From NCBI GenBank assembly GCA_027482905.1, contig JAIXVP010000091.1:7968-31967 (forward strand): a DNA stretch of 24,000 nt. The letters run 5' to 3'. Every line of letters starts with the position of its first letter. Position 1 is the first letter of the stretch. The position numbers and the translations under genes were made by a program. The DNA is from Opitutaceae bacterium. Lineage in GTDB: Bacteria > Verrucomicrobiota > Verrucomicrobiia > Opitutales > Opitutaceae. A model generated the notes under the pieces. The model was not told where the DNA came from. It saw nothing but the letters and a program-made list of their open reading frames with translations, and did not search any database. This document shows positions 23,341 through 24,000 of this stretch, in pieces.

Positions 23341-23390
23341 GGGCGGTTTGGATCCGGTTGACCGGTGGAGCGAGTGCGTCCGGGGACTTG

Positions 23391-23834
23391 TTATTTTTCA
23401 AGGAGCTTCGGCCAGTTGGCGTTTCCGGCGGCGATCAGGCCGGGCACGTCCTTTTCCCATTTCTTCTGAACCTCGAGGCTGTAATTCAGGTAAAGTTTGC
23501 CCTCCACGATCTTCCAGGCGGCGGGATCGATGCCGGCGGTGTAGCCCTGGCTGACGGCCCAGGCGCAGTAGCCGCCGAACTGGGGCGCGTATTTCGCGGG
23601 TTCGGCCTTGAACAGCGCGAGGTGCTCGGCGGAGGCGAAGCGCCAGGTGGCGCCCTGCCATTCGAAGGAAAACGCCTTCTCGCCTTCGACGGGTTTGGCG
23701 TCGGTGAAGTAGGCGACGGGGTCGTAGCCCTTGATGGCGACGCCGAAGAGGGTGGTGTTGACCGGCTTTTCGGCGCGGAGGAACGGCGTGCAGACGAGGG
23801 CGAGGCCGGCGAGGAGGAGGCGGAGGATTTTCAT
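23391..23834 (-). CDS. Secreted YHS-domain protein, the Cys form of the family named 'YHS domain-containing (seleno)protein'
   Basis: The signal peptide is MKILRLLLAGLALVCTPFLRA. It is followed by AIKGYDPVAYF...G...F...W.GA.WRFAS.EH...F..P.KYAPQFGGYCAW, the YHS-domain pattern. The protein is 147 aa with a TAA stop at 23391. Confidence 0.8.
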   Translation of the reverse strand: MKILRLLLAGLALVCTPFLRAEKPVNTTLFGVAIKGYDPVAYFTDAKPVEGEKAFSFEWQGATWRFASAEHLALFKAEPAKYAPQFGGYCAWAVSQGYTAGIDPAAWKIVEGKLYLNYSLEVQKKWEKDVPGLIAAGNANWPKLLEK

Positions 23835-23859
23835 GATGAGGTGGAAAACGTGGATTGGT

Positions 23860-24000
23860 TCAGAGGCGGGCGCCGATCACGGGCAGCGTGCGGCGATGCA
23901 AAAACAGCAGGAGGGCGCTGCCGGCCCAGACCACGACGGCGAGGGCGAAGAGGGTGCCGCCGTCGTCCTGGACCACGATGCCGAGTTTCGTGACATGGAA
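23860..24000 (-). CDS. C-terminal 46 codons of a hypothetical, probably membrane, protein; the gene continues past the window end
   Basis: My hand translation of the minus strand gives ...FHVTKLGIVVQDDGGTLFALAVVVWAGSALLLFLHRRTLPVIGARL*, with the stop at 23860..23862. It contains a hydrophobic segment. It lies 25 nt upstream of the YHS gene on the same strand. No family was recognised. Confidence 0.35.
   Translation of the reverse strand, partial: FHVTKLGIVVQDDGGTLFALAVVVWAGSALLLFLHRRTLPVIGARL

Noticed and set aside
1-24000. Evidence for a mobile element, prophage or genomic island
   Set aside because: I found no integrase, transposase, tRNA gene or flanking direct repeats. There is no compositional break apart from short intergenic AT-rich stretches.

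Overview
The window is GC-rich by eye (not computed) and looks like bacterial chromosome. The domain vocabulary (autotransporter-associated beta-strand repeats, DxDG[LM]PDxWE motifs, bacterial RCC1 propellers) suggests a Verrucomicrobiota/Opitutae-like organism; that is inference only. I can support 16 protein-coding genes. I saw no rRNA, tRNA, CRISPR array, transposase or integrase. Many long ORFs in the supplied track are antisense or off-frame artefacts of the high GC content and were discarded. There are four blocks. (1) 1-2866, minus strand: a glycan-type cluster of a WecB/TagA-like glycosyltransferase (partial), an extended-SDR epimerase, and two tandem paralogous polytopic membrane proteins of unknown family. 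(2) 3020-4479, minus strand: the ribosome-assembly pair rsgA and yhbY. (3) 4579-19573: an envelope block. It holds a 2360-aa S8 subtilase carrying three tandem (Ig - 7-bladed RCC1 propeller - Ig) supermodules, a SIMPL-domain protein, a TonB-dependent receptor, and a 1571-aa PL1-like pectate-lyase/adhesin chimera. The two giant proteins share a C-terminal module. (4) 19601-24000, minus strand: a tightly spaced six-gene cluster built almost entirely of uncharacterised families (membrane ORF, secreted YHS-domain protein, DinB-fold protein, NRDE/TANGO2-like protein, DedA/VTT::ATP-grasp fusion, DUF2071). Block 4 is my best candidate for an undescribed system. No function can be proven from sequence alone.
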